Shown: positions 36,696-45,723, counted from the stretch's first letter. The stretch is 64,000 nt of DNA from Euryarchaeota archaeon SCGC AAA252-I15 (GCA_000402775.1 AQSC01000061.1:6496-70495); one strand, 5' to 3'. A program made the numbers and translations. The notes: generated by a model not told the origin, from the sequence alone.

Positions 36696-37910
36696 TTACG
36701 TGTAGTCGGTTAGTCTTTTTTGTTTTAGGATTTCGCTTTTTTCCGTGTATTTTTTCAAGGGTATTCGAAGGCGGGTGGCTGCGTCCTTTAATGCTTCGCT
36801 GAGTGTTTGGAATTTCTTTGGTTTGGACTTCATCGCCCACCTCACGTTTTCCCTGACTTCCCAGACGCCTACAGGCACGACATAGCCCTCGTAAATTTCC
36901 CGGAAAACAATTGCACGAGCCTGCCTTCGCATCCGATCCATTGCCTCGCACACCCCGAATCGGCCGGCATAGTAGCCTCCACCCTCATTTAACGCATAAT
37001 CCCACCTCCCTTCATGTTTCTCGTGCTCGTAAGCTATTTGAGGTTCAGTCGCACCTGACGTCCAAAATGTTTGTGGCGCCCACGCCTCGAATTGCTCAAA
37101 CTCCCAAGCGCCTGGAATAAGCAGTATTTCAAAGTGGTTTTCAAGGTAAGTGTTTGAAAAAAGTTGGAACTCGTTGATTGAAGGGTAATCTCTGATACGC
37201 TTCATCAAATGTTTTCCAAGAATATCATCCACTGCAGTAATGCTCCACCTAGTTGGAACGAGTTTTTTCTTGTCTTGTATTCCGAGGCTTCCTGAAGATA
37301 AGACCCGAGTTAGGTAGTAGACGTTAAAGTCTTTCTCAAATAAAGTCGATAGTGCATACGATGAAGTTACCTCGTCAGAAGCAATATAATCGACTTTTTG
37401 GGGAATTGTAGGGTTGGATGAAACATCAAAACTTAAAAGGTCGGCTGAAGGGCCCATGGGTTGTGAAACAGGGGAGAATGACATGGAAAATGAAGGTTTT
37501 TTCTTAAAATGCGTTTCAACATCAACAGGTTTTACAGACATTGCAATCTGCTGGTTCTCGGAAATAAACCTATTTTTCAATTTCACATTAACCCTGCTTT
37601 TCGACCGAATAAGAGAGGATCTAATGCGAATGATATCTTCAAAACCGAGACTCTGCCAGGAAGAGGGATCATCAGAGATATACACGTCATCTCCGTGCAT
37701 GGAAGTGAGCGGTCCAACAGATACATCCGGCCAGCCGCCCCATCCCACGAAAATTGAGGGGCTTGGTCCAAACATATGACTTGAAAGTTTTAATTCAGAT
37801 GGTTTTTGATATTCAACTTTCTTTAAAATCGGGCAGTAGTGTAAACCGCATAAAAGCCTTCCGCCCTTGCAAGTTAAACACATCTGTCCAGTTAAAGGCT
37901 TCAAATTCAA
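36696..37910 (-). CDS. nreA: NreA-like archaeal DNA repair protein (Nre family)
   Basis: N-terminal C4 motif CLTCKGGRLLCGLHYCP (the CxxCKGxxxLCGxxxCP pattern I recall for Nre proteins). 404 aa. Confidence 0.5.
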   Translation of the reverse strand: MNLKPLTGQMCLTCKGGRLLCGLHYCPILKKVEYQKPSELKLSSHMFGPSPSIFVGWGGWPDVSVGPLTSMHGDDVYISDDPSSWQSLGFEDIIRIRSSLIRSKSRVNVKLKNRFISENQQIAMSVKPVDVETHFKKKPSFSMSFSPVSQPMGPSADLLSFDVSSNPTIPQKVDYIASDEVTSSYALSTLFEKDFNVYYLTRVLSSGSLGIQDKKKLVPTRWSITAVDDILGKHLMKRIRDYPSINEFQLFSNTYLENHFEILLIPGAWEFEQFEAWAPQTFWTSGATEPQIAYEHEKHEGRWDYALNEGGGYYAGRFGVCEAMDRMRRQARAIVFREIYEGYVVPVGVWEVRENVRWAMKSKPKKFQTLSEALKDAATRLRIPLKKYTEKSEILKQKRLTDYT

Positions 37911-37914
37911 GACC

Positions 37915-40017
37915 CTACTTCATTGTAAAATGGTAGTAAGATAAGTTTGATGATCGGATTATATCCTTGAGCCTTGATTCGATAAACTCTGAACTCAGGC
38001 TTCGTCTGTTAAGGTAAATATTAGAAAGGGCTCCGCCGTTTACTATTTTGTGGAATGGTGATTCAACTTCAATCCGTTTTTTAGAGGATATGCGAGCGTT
38101 AGGCCTGACTTGGAATGAATTAGTGTATTTTTTTACTACAATTGAATTTTGAAATCTTTTAGAATCAACATCTGGAAATCGTATAGAAGCTGCTTCGGCA
38201 GAAGTCCTAGCTATTGTGAAAAACAATCCCGACTCCGCATTGAATTCGTCTGAAATACGCTTCATTTTCTGTATAAATCTTAAACCGAATTTTTGAGCTG
38301 ATTTTGATTCATGCAATTCTGATCCTACAGCAGTTGAAACCATTTCGTTCAGACCAACAAAGCCTATAACGTATGCTTGTTTTTCCGGGTTTAGATATGT
38401 TAGGTCGTTTCGAGCAACCTTCTGGGACATGAATGGTAGGAGATTATTTTTTAGGTTTTTTTCGAGAATCTTCTTCTTAAGTAGTAGAATGTTTTTAGCT
38501 TTTAACATTCGATTATAAAGGAGTTCTCGCATTACACTCTCCTTGCCATTTGCCTCATAAGCTATGTGGGGTAGATTAATCGAAATAAGCTGCGCTACTC
38601 CCCCGCGAAGAGTTCCGGGCCGGGCAAGATCCACTAGCATGGAATCATCCGAAGGCATGATGAACGAGCTTCCTTGAAGGCAGAGTATTTTCGGTGAGAA
38701 TTTTCGAGAGGTTATGAAGTAGGGTGTTCGGGTTTTCGCCGCTACTTGGCAGAGTTTTTCAACTATTTCTGATTGTTTTGAAACCTGTTTTTTAGTAATC
38801 CTCACGTTGAATTTAGGGAATATGAATGGTTTTTTATGGTAGTCTCCAGCCAAGTATATGTCGCATAACGTGCTGAGTAGTTGTTCTGATTCCTGAGTGA
38901 AGTCCCCGTAAGTTAAGCCTCCGCTAATACGACCTTTTGGTAAAACCGCTGGAACATCCCGGAGAAAATGCGGGATCTCGATATCACAGTCAATGCTTGA
39001 GTACACGACTTGACCTCCACGCATCCCATACATTTGACTTAACTCGAACACAAACATTTGGGCAAGCTGTTTAACCTTATCTTTAGAAAGCCCTCTAATG
39101 TATGGAGCCATGAACGTGTTGAAATAATTTAATCCTTGCCCACCACTGCAGTTTGTTTGAGCTGCAGCCAAGATTCGGCCAGCGTGTAAAAAAGCCACTT
39201 CAGCCTTTTTAGGAGGCCCAGAAATCGCTGTGTATTTTCCTGTTCCATCAGGCTTGAAACCGTTTTTCAAGAAAAATCTAAGGTCGTGTGAAAAAGAATG
39301 AGAACGCGTTGCGAAGTAATCCAAATCGTGTATGTTCAATTCGGCCTTCATGTGAGAGTCGGAAAGACTCAACGGCAAAACATTAATCAGGGTGTATTCC
39401 CTGCTAATCTGATCTCCCATAAGCTTGTGAACAGCCTCGGGATTAAACTGCCTTCCATTAGTATGCTTGAAACCACTGTCAATCAAATCATGCACGTCGT
39501 GAACAGGCATTCCAAGACGAGTATAGCGGGCACGAGTATTCTCCAAACCATGCTCTAAAAGCTTAACGTTAACGACCTCCCTGATAAGGGGTGCGGTAAC
39601 ATAATCGAGTTTAAGCTTTACAAGCTCCTTCTCAACTTCAGAGGCTACACCCTTGGCTAGATCACTGTCTAATTTAGTCTCGGAAATTAGGGAATCGACA
39701 ATACGCTTCTTATTAAAGGACTCGACGATAATCTTGGACGTCCTAACCCTAAGTCCAGTACGCCCCATATAACGCCTCGCAACAGAAGGCTTAACACTAT
39801 AAAGCTCACCATGGATTATGTCTCTGATTTTTTTAGTAGGGATTCCGTCAAATAAAATACGCCTAATCTTCCTCTCGATTTTCGCAGCCTGAGCAAGCGA
39901 AGCCCCTGAATTCATGCAAGACGTTATTAACTTATCTCGGCTGTAAGGCTCAGAGGTACCACTTGCTTTAATAACATTCATAAAAACACCCCAACTGGGG
40001 TTATTATTTGACTCCAA
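37915..40017 (-). CDS. nrdD: Anaerobic (class III) ribonucleotide-reductase-like protein with an N-terminal ATP-cone. The C-terminal glycyl-radical/Zn-ribbon motifs are not recognisable
   Basis: N-terminal ATP-cone (MNVIKASGTSEPYSRDKLITSCMNSG...KIRDIIHGEL). Central 10-stranded-barrel-like region (NIHDLDYFATRSHSFSHDL, AAQTNCSGGQGLNYFNTF). The C-terminus ...KIVNGGALSNIYLNRRS... has no CxxC pairs and no clear RVxGY. 700 aa. Confidence 0.55.
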   Translation of the reverse strand: MESNNNPSWGVFMNVIKASGTSEPYSRDKLITSCMNSGASLAQAAKIERKIRRILFDGIPTKKIRDIIHGELYSVKPSVARRYMGRTGLRVRTSKIIVESFNKKRIVDSLISETKLDSDLAKGVASEVEKELVKLKLDYVTAPLIREVVNVKLLEHGLENTRARYTRLGMPVHDVHDLIDSGFKHTNGRQFNPEAVHKLMGDQISREYTLINVLPLSLSDSHMKAELNIHDLDYFATRSHSFSHDLRFFLKNGFKPDGTGKYTAISGPPKKAEVAFLHAGRILAAAQTNCSGGQGLNYFNTFMAPYIRGLSKDKVKQLAQMFVFELSQMYGMRGGQVVYSSIDCDIEIPHFLRDVPAVLPKGRISGGLTYGDFTQESEQLLSTLCDIYLAGDYHKKPFIFPKFNVRITKKQVSKQSEIVEKLCQVAAKTRTPYFITSRKFSPKILCLQGSSFIMPSDDSMLVDLARPGTLRGGVAQLISINLPHIAYEANGKESVMRELLYNRMLKAKNILLLKKKILEKNLKNNLLPFMSQKVARNDLTYLNPEKQAYVIGFVGLNEMVSTAVGSELHESKSAQKFGLRFIQKMKRISDEFNAESGLFFTIARTSAEAASIRFPDVDSKRFQNSIVVKKYTNSFQVRPNARISSKKRIEVESPFHKIVNGGALSNIYLNRRSLSSEFIESRLKDIIRSSNLSYYHFTMK

Positions 40018-40018
40018 G

Positions 40019-40636
40019 TTAAAATACGTTTAGATTCGAAGATAGGATTACGCCGTCAGAATCCTTGAAAAGTCCTTCAACAACACCTTCCTGCCTGAAA
40101 TTATAATTTTTCAGGTGCCCTATTGTAGCTTTCTGTTTATTAGGTAGAACAGTCCAAATTTTATTTCGACCAGTCTCCTTTGCAAGAGTAGATACTGTTT
40201 CTACAAACTCACCTATTTTTTGAGGATCATCCCCGTGAACGACAGGCCCGTGCATGTAAATGCCATCTTCCTTGTCGAAAAGAGTTCCTACAAAACCCTT
40301 ACTAGATTCACCCCCCTTAAGGCAAAAAAGGCCTCCGATTAATGCTAATGCTTTGATGAAAAAGATTGATGATGGGGGGGAGAAGGCTGATTCATCCAAT
40401 TCCATGATTCGTCCAAGATCATTTTGACTGGCGAACTTTACATTAGAGTTTTCGTTAATCGAGGGTGAGTCCTCGTGTTTAGTAATATTTCTAGTTTTTG
40501 GATTTGGTTTTACAAAACCAAGGTGATTATCTGAATTACTCTTGCCACGCAAAAGTGTATTAGCCACAAAGCCTCGAGAAAAAGCATCAGATAAACCATC
40601 CGAATCATCCACAGAAACAGTGAATTCAGAATCCAT
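40019..40636 (-). CDS. GNAT-family N-acetyltransferase with a low-complexity N-terminus (205 aa)
   Basis: IMELDESAFSPPSSIFFIKALALIGG is a GNAT beta1-alpha1 start, followed by beta-strands and ...GVVEGLFKD...VILSS. The start codon lies 12 nt downstream of the 13-nt poly-G run on this strand. Confidence 0.5.
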   Translation of the reverse strand: MDSEFTVSVDDSDGLSDAFSRGFVANTLLRGKSNSDNHLGFVKPNPKTRNITKHEDSPSINENSNVKFASQNDLGRIMELDESAFSPPSSIFFIKALALIGGLFCLKGGESSKGFVGTLFDKEDGIYMHGPVVHGDDPQKIGEFVETVSTLAKETGRNKIWTVLPNKQKATIGHLKNYNFRQEGVVEGLFKDSDGVILSSNLNVF

Positions 40637-41190
40637 TGCCTCTTGTGCCCCCCCCCCCCCGAAATAAAATCTTTTGTAATGAGCAATCTGTCCACTCCAA
40701 CACCATAATCCGCAAAGCCTGTGAAATATGCAGGATAAAAATCTGATGCTTGAAAACCCATTTTATTTAAATAGCTGTTAAGTTGAGGGCCATTTCGGGG
40801 GCTAGCCAACGTGTAAAACATTCCAGAGCCGTCATGGACTGATATTTCACGTGTCCTTTCAGCCATCATAGTCCCAATTCCCATTCCCTGAAACCCTGGA
40901 TTTACAGAAGTCGAGAGGGGAAAAACTCTTTTATCACGGTCAAACAGTAAAGCCTTAACACCGGTTAATTCCTCATTTAGTCTAGTACCCAATAGTACAC
41001 CCGCTCTTGAGGCAATAAACATAGTGTGTGGAGTTTCACCGTTTCCCCCAAAGGCCGTGTCATCAACAACGGATGCGGCAAAAACAGCAGCAAGTGTTGA
41101 CAAATGTTCTACATCACAAGCCCTGTAGGATGAAGGTAAGTCCCCAACCCTATTTTTTACTTTTGACATCCTGTTTTTTTGATAATACAA
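40510..41190 (-). CDS. GNAT-family N-acetyltransferase. The genuine domain is roughly 41190..40662; the track ORF runs past a poly-G tract into out-of-frame hydrophobic read-through
   Basis: GNAT motif A (VNPGFQGMGIGTMMAER) and ...DRLLITKDFISGGGG at the poly-G (40648-40660 on the + strand are 13 C). The residues after GGGG (HKRQWILNSLFLWMIRMVYLML...) look like non-coding read-through. Confidence 0.5.
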   Translation of the reverse strand: MYYQKNRMSKVKNRVGDLPSSYRACDVEHLSTLAAVFAASVVDDTAFGGNGETPHTMFIASRAGVLLGTRLNEELTGVKALLFDRDKRVFPLSTSVNPGFQGMGIGTMMAERTREISVHDGSGMFYTLASPRNGPQLNSYLNKMGFQASDFYPAYFTGFADYGVGVDRLLITKDFISGGGGHKRQWILNSLFLWMIRMVYLMLFLEALWLIHFCVARVIQIITLVL

Positions 41191-42928
41191 GCATTGACTC
41201 AGACGTTTTAAATCTACCAGCCAACCTGTCTGGAGTTACAAGATACTTAGCAGAAAACCCAGCATTAAAAAGCATGTCAATCAACTTGTAATCATGGGCG
41301 TAAACCAACACAGACCCATTCTGAAAAACCTCATTTGAAAAATTAGATTCTTTCCCAATAAAAGGGAGGTTATGCCAATTAGGCTCAGAAGGAATATCAA
41401 AACCCAACCTCTTCTCAATAACCATCCTGTGTTTACCACGACCATAATAATCAAATAATACACGTTTACCAGAAAAACCACGCCAATTCAAATCAACAAT
41501 CATTGGAGGAAAATCACGTGTATCACAAGTCGTCCAAACCTTATTTTTATTATAAGCGAGTGCAACCTGCTCTACAAAGTCCATTAAATAATACCTAAAA
41601 TCATATTCATCATATTGCGGTGCTACGGCAACGCCATGACAAAACAAACCCCCGTTAATATCAAAGACTAATGGGACATCACCCACAATATTTCCTTTAG
41701 AGTCCTTCACACAAATCAAAAGGCCTGTCCGCATAATCCGGATGAGAGTATGCGGCTCTTCTCCCGCAACACCTTGAACTTGTTTCTCAAGATTTGATGC
41801 TTTTATAGCATCGTGAGGACCACTGGCTATGAAAGCGGATAAATCCATGAAATCAGATTTCATATTGATTAATGGGGGAGAAGGCTTCCAGGATATAGAA
41901 TGTTTTTTCGCGATAAGATCGATTCCCCCATCATCATTAATTAATCCTGAAATCTCACATCCCTGGTTAGTAACGTATTCCTCCAAATCAATTTGACTAT
42001 TAAGAGATAAATGCAGACCCTCTTTCTGATTACCCCCCACATGTCCTTGGGATTGATTTATATTGCTAGAAGGAGGACGCTGAACCAAAAGCTGATCAAG
42101 ACCCTCCCCGAAATAATTTTTTAAGTGCTCGGTAATGGTGAAACCGCCAGTAAGATACCTTCTTAGCGAGTTAATGTTACCCTCCTCAAGAGTACCCCAA
42201 AAACGTTTGTGAGGATACAAAGAAATAGCCTTCTTAAGGATTCCAGCCCCCACACCATAACCCTCAAAACCCGTCCTCACACAAATATTGAATATGTAAA
42301 AACACTCATTACGATCATAAATGAATTCTCCAAAACCAATAAGATCCCTAAACTGATCCCGCACACCCAGCAACATGCTAGTAGTCGCAAGCATTGAAAG
42401 AGAGAACATGTCTCCCGACTCAATACCAAAAAGCTCGCGATTTAATTTAAGAGCCTCAGAAACCTGAGTTGGATTAACAAGTAATTCATAGATGTAAGGT
42501 GACTTCTGTAAGCTTAAAGCCAGACTATTTTTTTCAACCCCGAATTTTTCAGAGATATAGTCTAAAGCCTGCTGTGTTGAGCCCGCCTTATGAACCATGG
42601 AGTTAAGACTATCGAGAATAAAAGTGGATTTAACAAGTGATTTAAGAACATTAGGCTCAATCCTACCCTTGTAAATACGAGCGATCACGGAGTTTAATCC
42701 CTTATACAACACCTCGTATTTATCATCTTTTAATAAGACTTTGAAAAACTTATTCGAATCCACTTGAGTGATGTGGGCTAAATCGTCAAGCTCAAGCGAT
42801 ACGAATCCGTAAGCCTGTATGCTCTCAAGCCTATCAGATACAACCTGATCAAGTACGGAATTAATACGATTAATAGTCGTAAATTCTCCGAATTCCTTCA
42901 GGCCCAAATCAGATAGTTCATCAACCAC
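41150..42928 (-). CDS. Large (592 aa) protein with an internal GNAT acetyltransferase domain and a second GNAT-like C-terminal region
   Basis: Central CVRTGFEGYGVGAGILKKAISLY (GNAT motif A). The C-terminal region has GNAT-like beta-strands (IVGDVPLVFDINGGLFCHGVAVAPQYDE). The N-terminal ~200 aa have no recognised domain. Confidence 0.45.
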   Translation of the reverse strand: MVDELSDLGLKEFGEFTTINRINSVLDQVVSDRLESIQAYGFVSLELDDLAHITQVDSNKFFKVLLKDDKYEVLYKGLNSVIARIYKGRIEPNVLKSLVKSTFILDSLNSMVHKAGSTQQALDYISEKFGVEKNSLALSLQKSPYIYELLVNPTQVSEALKLNRELFGIESGDMFSLSMLATTSMLLGVRDQFRDLIGFGEFIYDRNECFYIFNICVRTGFEGYGVGAGILKKAISLYPHKRFWGTLEEGNINSLRRYLTGGFTITEHLKNYFGEGLDQLLVQRPPSSNINQSQGHVGGNQKEGLHLSLNSQIDLEEYVTNQGCEISGLINDDGGIDLIAKKHSISWKPSPPLINMKSDFMDLSAFIASGPHDAIKASNLEKQVQGVAGEEPHTLIRIMRTGLLICVKDSKGNIVGDVPLVFDINGGLFCHGVAVAPQYDEYDFRYYLMDFVEQVALAYNKNKVWTTCDTRDFPPMIVDLNWRGFSGKRVLFDYYGRGKHRMVIEKRLGFDIPSEPNWHNLPFIGKESNFSNEVFQNGSVLVYAHDYKLIDMLFNAGFSAKYLVTPDRLAGRFKTSESMLVLSKKQDVKSKK

Positions 42929-43002
42929 AATAACAAATTGTTTTTAAGAGAGAAAAAGGTGTGGTGGGTGAATATTAATTAGCCTTCACATACTCGTAAA
43001 TC

Positions 43003-44199
43003 ATGATCGAATTGTTGGTTTTAGTTTTAATAGGTTGCATACTTGGCGTGTTGACGGGGATTACGCCGGGTATTCACGTCAACATGGTGTGTCTTTTAGG
43101 TTTTATTTTGTATAATGGTTTGGGTTTGACCTCGACTCAGTTTGCGGTTGCTATGATTTCAATGGCTGTGACGCACACTTTCCTGGATTTTATTCCTGCC
43201 ATATTTATCGGAGTGCCGGAAGAACAGACTGCCCTTTCGGTTTTGCCGGCCCACAGGATGGTTTTAGAGGGGAACGCTTATGAAGCGGTTAAAATCACTG
43301 GTTACGGTAGTATAATCGGGTTGTTTTTCGCAACCGCGTCCATTCCCGCAGCATTATATTTTGTGCCGAAAATATATTTTCTATTAAGAGGGGTGATTGT
43401 GTATGTACTCATAATTGCCGTTGCATACCTTATCTTTAGAGAAAAAACATGGAAGAAAAGATTGTGGGCGGTGACAATCTTTACTCTCGCTGGATGGTTG
43501 GGTTTTGTGGCATTCAACCAAAAAATAATTTCTGAAAACCTAATCCTCTTTCCCCTTTTCACCGGACTCTTCGGATTAAGCACTATTATTTACTCACTTC
43601 GACAGGAAAACACGTTCATACCTCAAAAGGAATACGCAATAGTTGACGTTGACAAAAATTTTGTAACTTCCGGGTTCTTAGGGGCGTTAGGAGGAATGTT
43701 GGTCGGAATTCTCCCGGCAATGAGCCCCTCCCAGGTTGGAATAATACTTACTAGATTTTACAAGGAGAGTACCAGGAACTTTTTGGTTGCGGTTTCGGCA
43801 ATAAACACTTCAGATGCCATATATTCTTTCATAGCTCTTTACACGATTCGAAATCCTAGAAGCGGAGTTGCCACAATATTGGGCAAGATAATTGATTTGG
43901 ATTACAATACACTGCTTTTATTTCTAGGTGTAATAATGTTTACTGCACCCATTGCCCTTGCATTGCATCTTAAAATCGGGAGAATCGCATTGAAATTCTC
44001 CCGAAAAATAAATTTCAGAAACCTAAATATCGCAGCCTTTGCAATCGTTGTATTCCTAGTATACTACTTGACTGGTTTTTGGGGTTTTTTATTCGCAATA
44101 ACGGCCACTGCATTAGGATTGTTGCCTATTCAAACCGGAGTTAGCAGAACACACTCGATGGGAGTATTAATTCTTCCAACAATAATATACTTTTTATAG
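43003..44199 (+). CDS. TctA-family (DUF112) tripartite tricarboxylate transporter-like membrane protein
   Basis: The N-terminal GCILGVLTGITPGIHVNM fits the TctA G-x-x-P-G signature. About 10 TM helices. 398 aa. Confidence 0.55.
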   Translation: MIELLVLVLIGCILGVLTGITPGIHVNMVCLLGFILYNGLGLTSTQFAVAMISMAVTHTFLDFIPAIFIGVPEEQTALSVLPAHRMVLEGNAYEAVKITGYGSIIGLFFATASIPAALYFVPKIYFLLRGVIVYVLIIAVAYLIFREKTWKKRLWAVTIFTLAGWLGFVAFNQKIISENLILFPLFTGLFGLSTIIYSLRQENTFIPQKEYAIVDVDKNFVTSGFLGALGGMLVGILPAMSPSQVGIILTRFYKESTRNFLVAVSAINTSDAIYSFIALYTIRNPRSGVATILGKIIDLDYNTLLLFLGVIMFTAPIALALHLKIGRIALKFSRKINFRNLNIAAFAIVVFLVYYLTGFWGFLFAITATALGLLPIQTGVSRTHSMGVLILPTIIYFL

Positions 44200-44227
44200 T
44201 TGATTCTAAGGTTATTATGTGTTGTAA

Positions 44228-44824
44228 ATGAAATCAATAGAGGTTATTATTTCAAGTTTCAAGGTCCTTTTTGATAACATAGTGGCATTTTTCCTTGCTT
44301 TTCTTATCTGGATTTTCCTCGGATTTTTTATTATTCCAATACCACCCCTATTATTCGGCTTGTATTACATGGCGAATAAGGCAATTAAAGGAGATAAACC
44401 AAGTTGGAAAGATGTGTTTAAAGGATTTGATTATCTCGTAATATCATGGGCTCTTGTAATATTAGGTTTTATAATATGTGGTATTTTAATTGGAATTTTT
44501 CTTACTATTGCATATTCAGATATTGGAGGATTTTTTATTATCCTAATATCCTTTCTCGTCACTATAATTATCGTTGGTATTATGGGTTATGTATCCAATT
44601 ATGCAATACCTGTAATAATCGAGAAAAACGTTGGATTATTCCCGGCGATAAAGGAAAGCATATCACTATTTAGGAGGAAATTCATCACCACAATAACAGT
44701 AAGTGTACTTATAATAATAATTCAATTTGCCCTAGTTATGACTGTTATAGGGATCGTAGTAGCTTATGTTATTCCAGTCGTTATTCCAGCCATTGTATTT
44801 ACAAAACTAGCAATAGAAGAGTAA
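44228..44824 (+). CDS. Small polytopic membrane protein (198 aa), paralog of 31031..31555. It sits between a host gene 3' end and that end's duplicated remnant
   Basis: PPLLFGLYYMANKAIKGDKPSWKDVFKGFDYL plus 4 TM helices. It shares this loop and the overall topology with the 31031 protein. Confidence 0.55.
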   Translation: MKSIEVIISSFKVLFDNIVAFFLAFLIWIFLGFFIIPIPPLLFGLYYMANKAIKGDKPSWKDVFKGFDYLVISWALVILGFIICGILIGIFLTIAYSDIGGFFIILISFLVTIIIVGIMGYVSNYAIPVIIEKNVGLFPAIKESISLFRRKFITTITVSVLIIIIQFALVMTVIGIVVAYVIPVVIPAIVFTKLAIEE

Positions 44825-44918
44825 TAATTCCGTCTTCATTAATATTGTGCCATACTCTCCTCTACGGATAGGAAAAACTTCGTTTACCTGCTTTTTGTTA
44901 GTTGAATTATTCTTAAAT

Positions 44919-45002
44919 ATGTTAAGGCGTTCTGATTCAGGTCTACCTCTCTCCATGGGAGTTTTAATTCTTCCCACGATAATATACTTTCTAGGATTAT
45001 GA
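44919..45002 (+). repeat. Remnant of a TctA-family 3' end. It is a 28-codon ORF ending ...SMGVLILPTIIYFLGL* and duplicates the last 13 codons of gene 43003..44199
   Basis: 44955..44990 versus 44158..44193: 32/36 identical. All four differences are synonymous third-position changes (GTA/GTT, CCA/CCC, ACA/ACG, TTA/CTA). Confidence 0.8.
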
Positions 45003-45192
45003 AAAGCCGAACGAAAGTCTTTATTGGGATATTGATTTTATTGACTGCGAAACAATTAGACACCGTTGTAGGGCCGGTATTGGAGAGTCTGATCTTGATT
45101 ATCCTGATTGTTTATGGGATTTCGATTTTAAGAGGTAGCTTCGACGTTAAGAGAATTAAATAGGTTATATTTCATAAACAACAAGGTATATC

Positions 45193-45723
45193 ATGCGCTT
45201 AATAATCACATTTTGCTTAATCGTACTACTTAGTGGTTGCGTGGGTACTGATAAGACGGGAGATGATTGGGATTTACTAATCAATGCAATAGAAGGCAAA
45301 GATGCTTCAATTTGTATTGAAATGAACAAATCGCATATGAGAGACACATGTTTTCAGCTTACTGCTCAATTATTGAAAAATTTGTCTATTTGTTTAAGAA
45401 CTGATGATGTTTGGATGGGGAATCTGTGCAAAAAAGCTGTTGCTAGGGAGACAAAGGATTTAACTTTGTGTGAAATGTTTGAGGATCCCGTATTTAAGGA
45501 TTATTGTTTGAGAGATGTGATTATAGAACAGCGGAATTCTCAATTTTGTGATAAAATACAGGATAATAGTGTTAGAGATGATTGTTACTACGCAGTGGGG
45601 ATTGATTTAAACAGGTCTTTCATATGTGATAAAATCATTGACAAATACAGGAAATATGAGTGTTATTTGAAGACTGGGGGGGAATATAAATCGTCAACCA
45701 CAATAGTTGGAAATGAAAGTTAA
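45193..45723 (+). CDS. Cys-rich secreted or lipid-anchored protein (176 aa) with five repeats of a ~30-aa Cys-containing module
   Basis: Lipobox-like N-terminus MRLIITFCLIVLLSGCVGT. Repeated (R/K)D.C(F/Y/L) motifs: RDTCFQL, GNLCKKAV, KDYCLRDV, RDDCYYAV, KYECYLK. Confidence 0.45.
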   Translation: MRLIITFCLIVLLSGCVGTDKTGDDWDLLINAIEGKDASICIEMNKSHMRDTCFQLTAQLLKNLSICLRTDDVWMGNLCKKAVARETKDLTLCEMFEDPVFKDYCLRDVIIEQRNSQFCDKIQDNSVRDDCYYAVGIDLNRSFICDKIIDKYRKYECYLKTGGEYKSSTTIVGNES

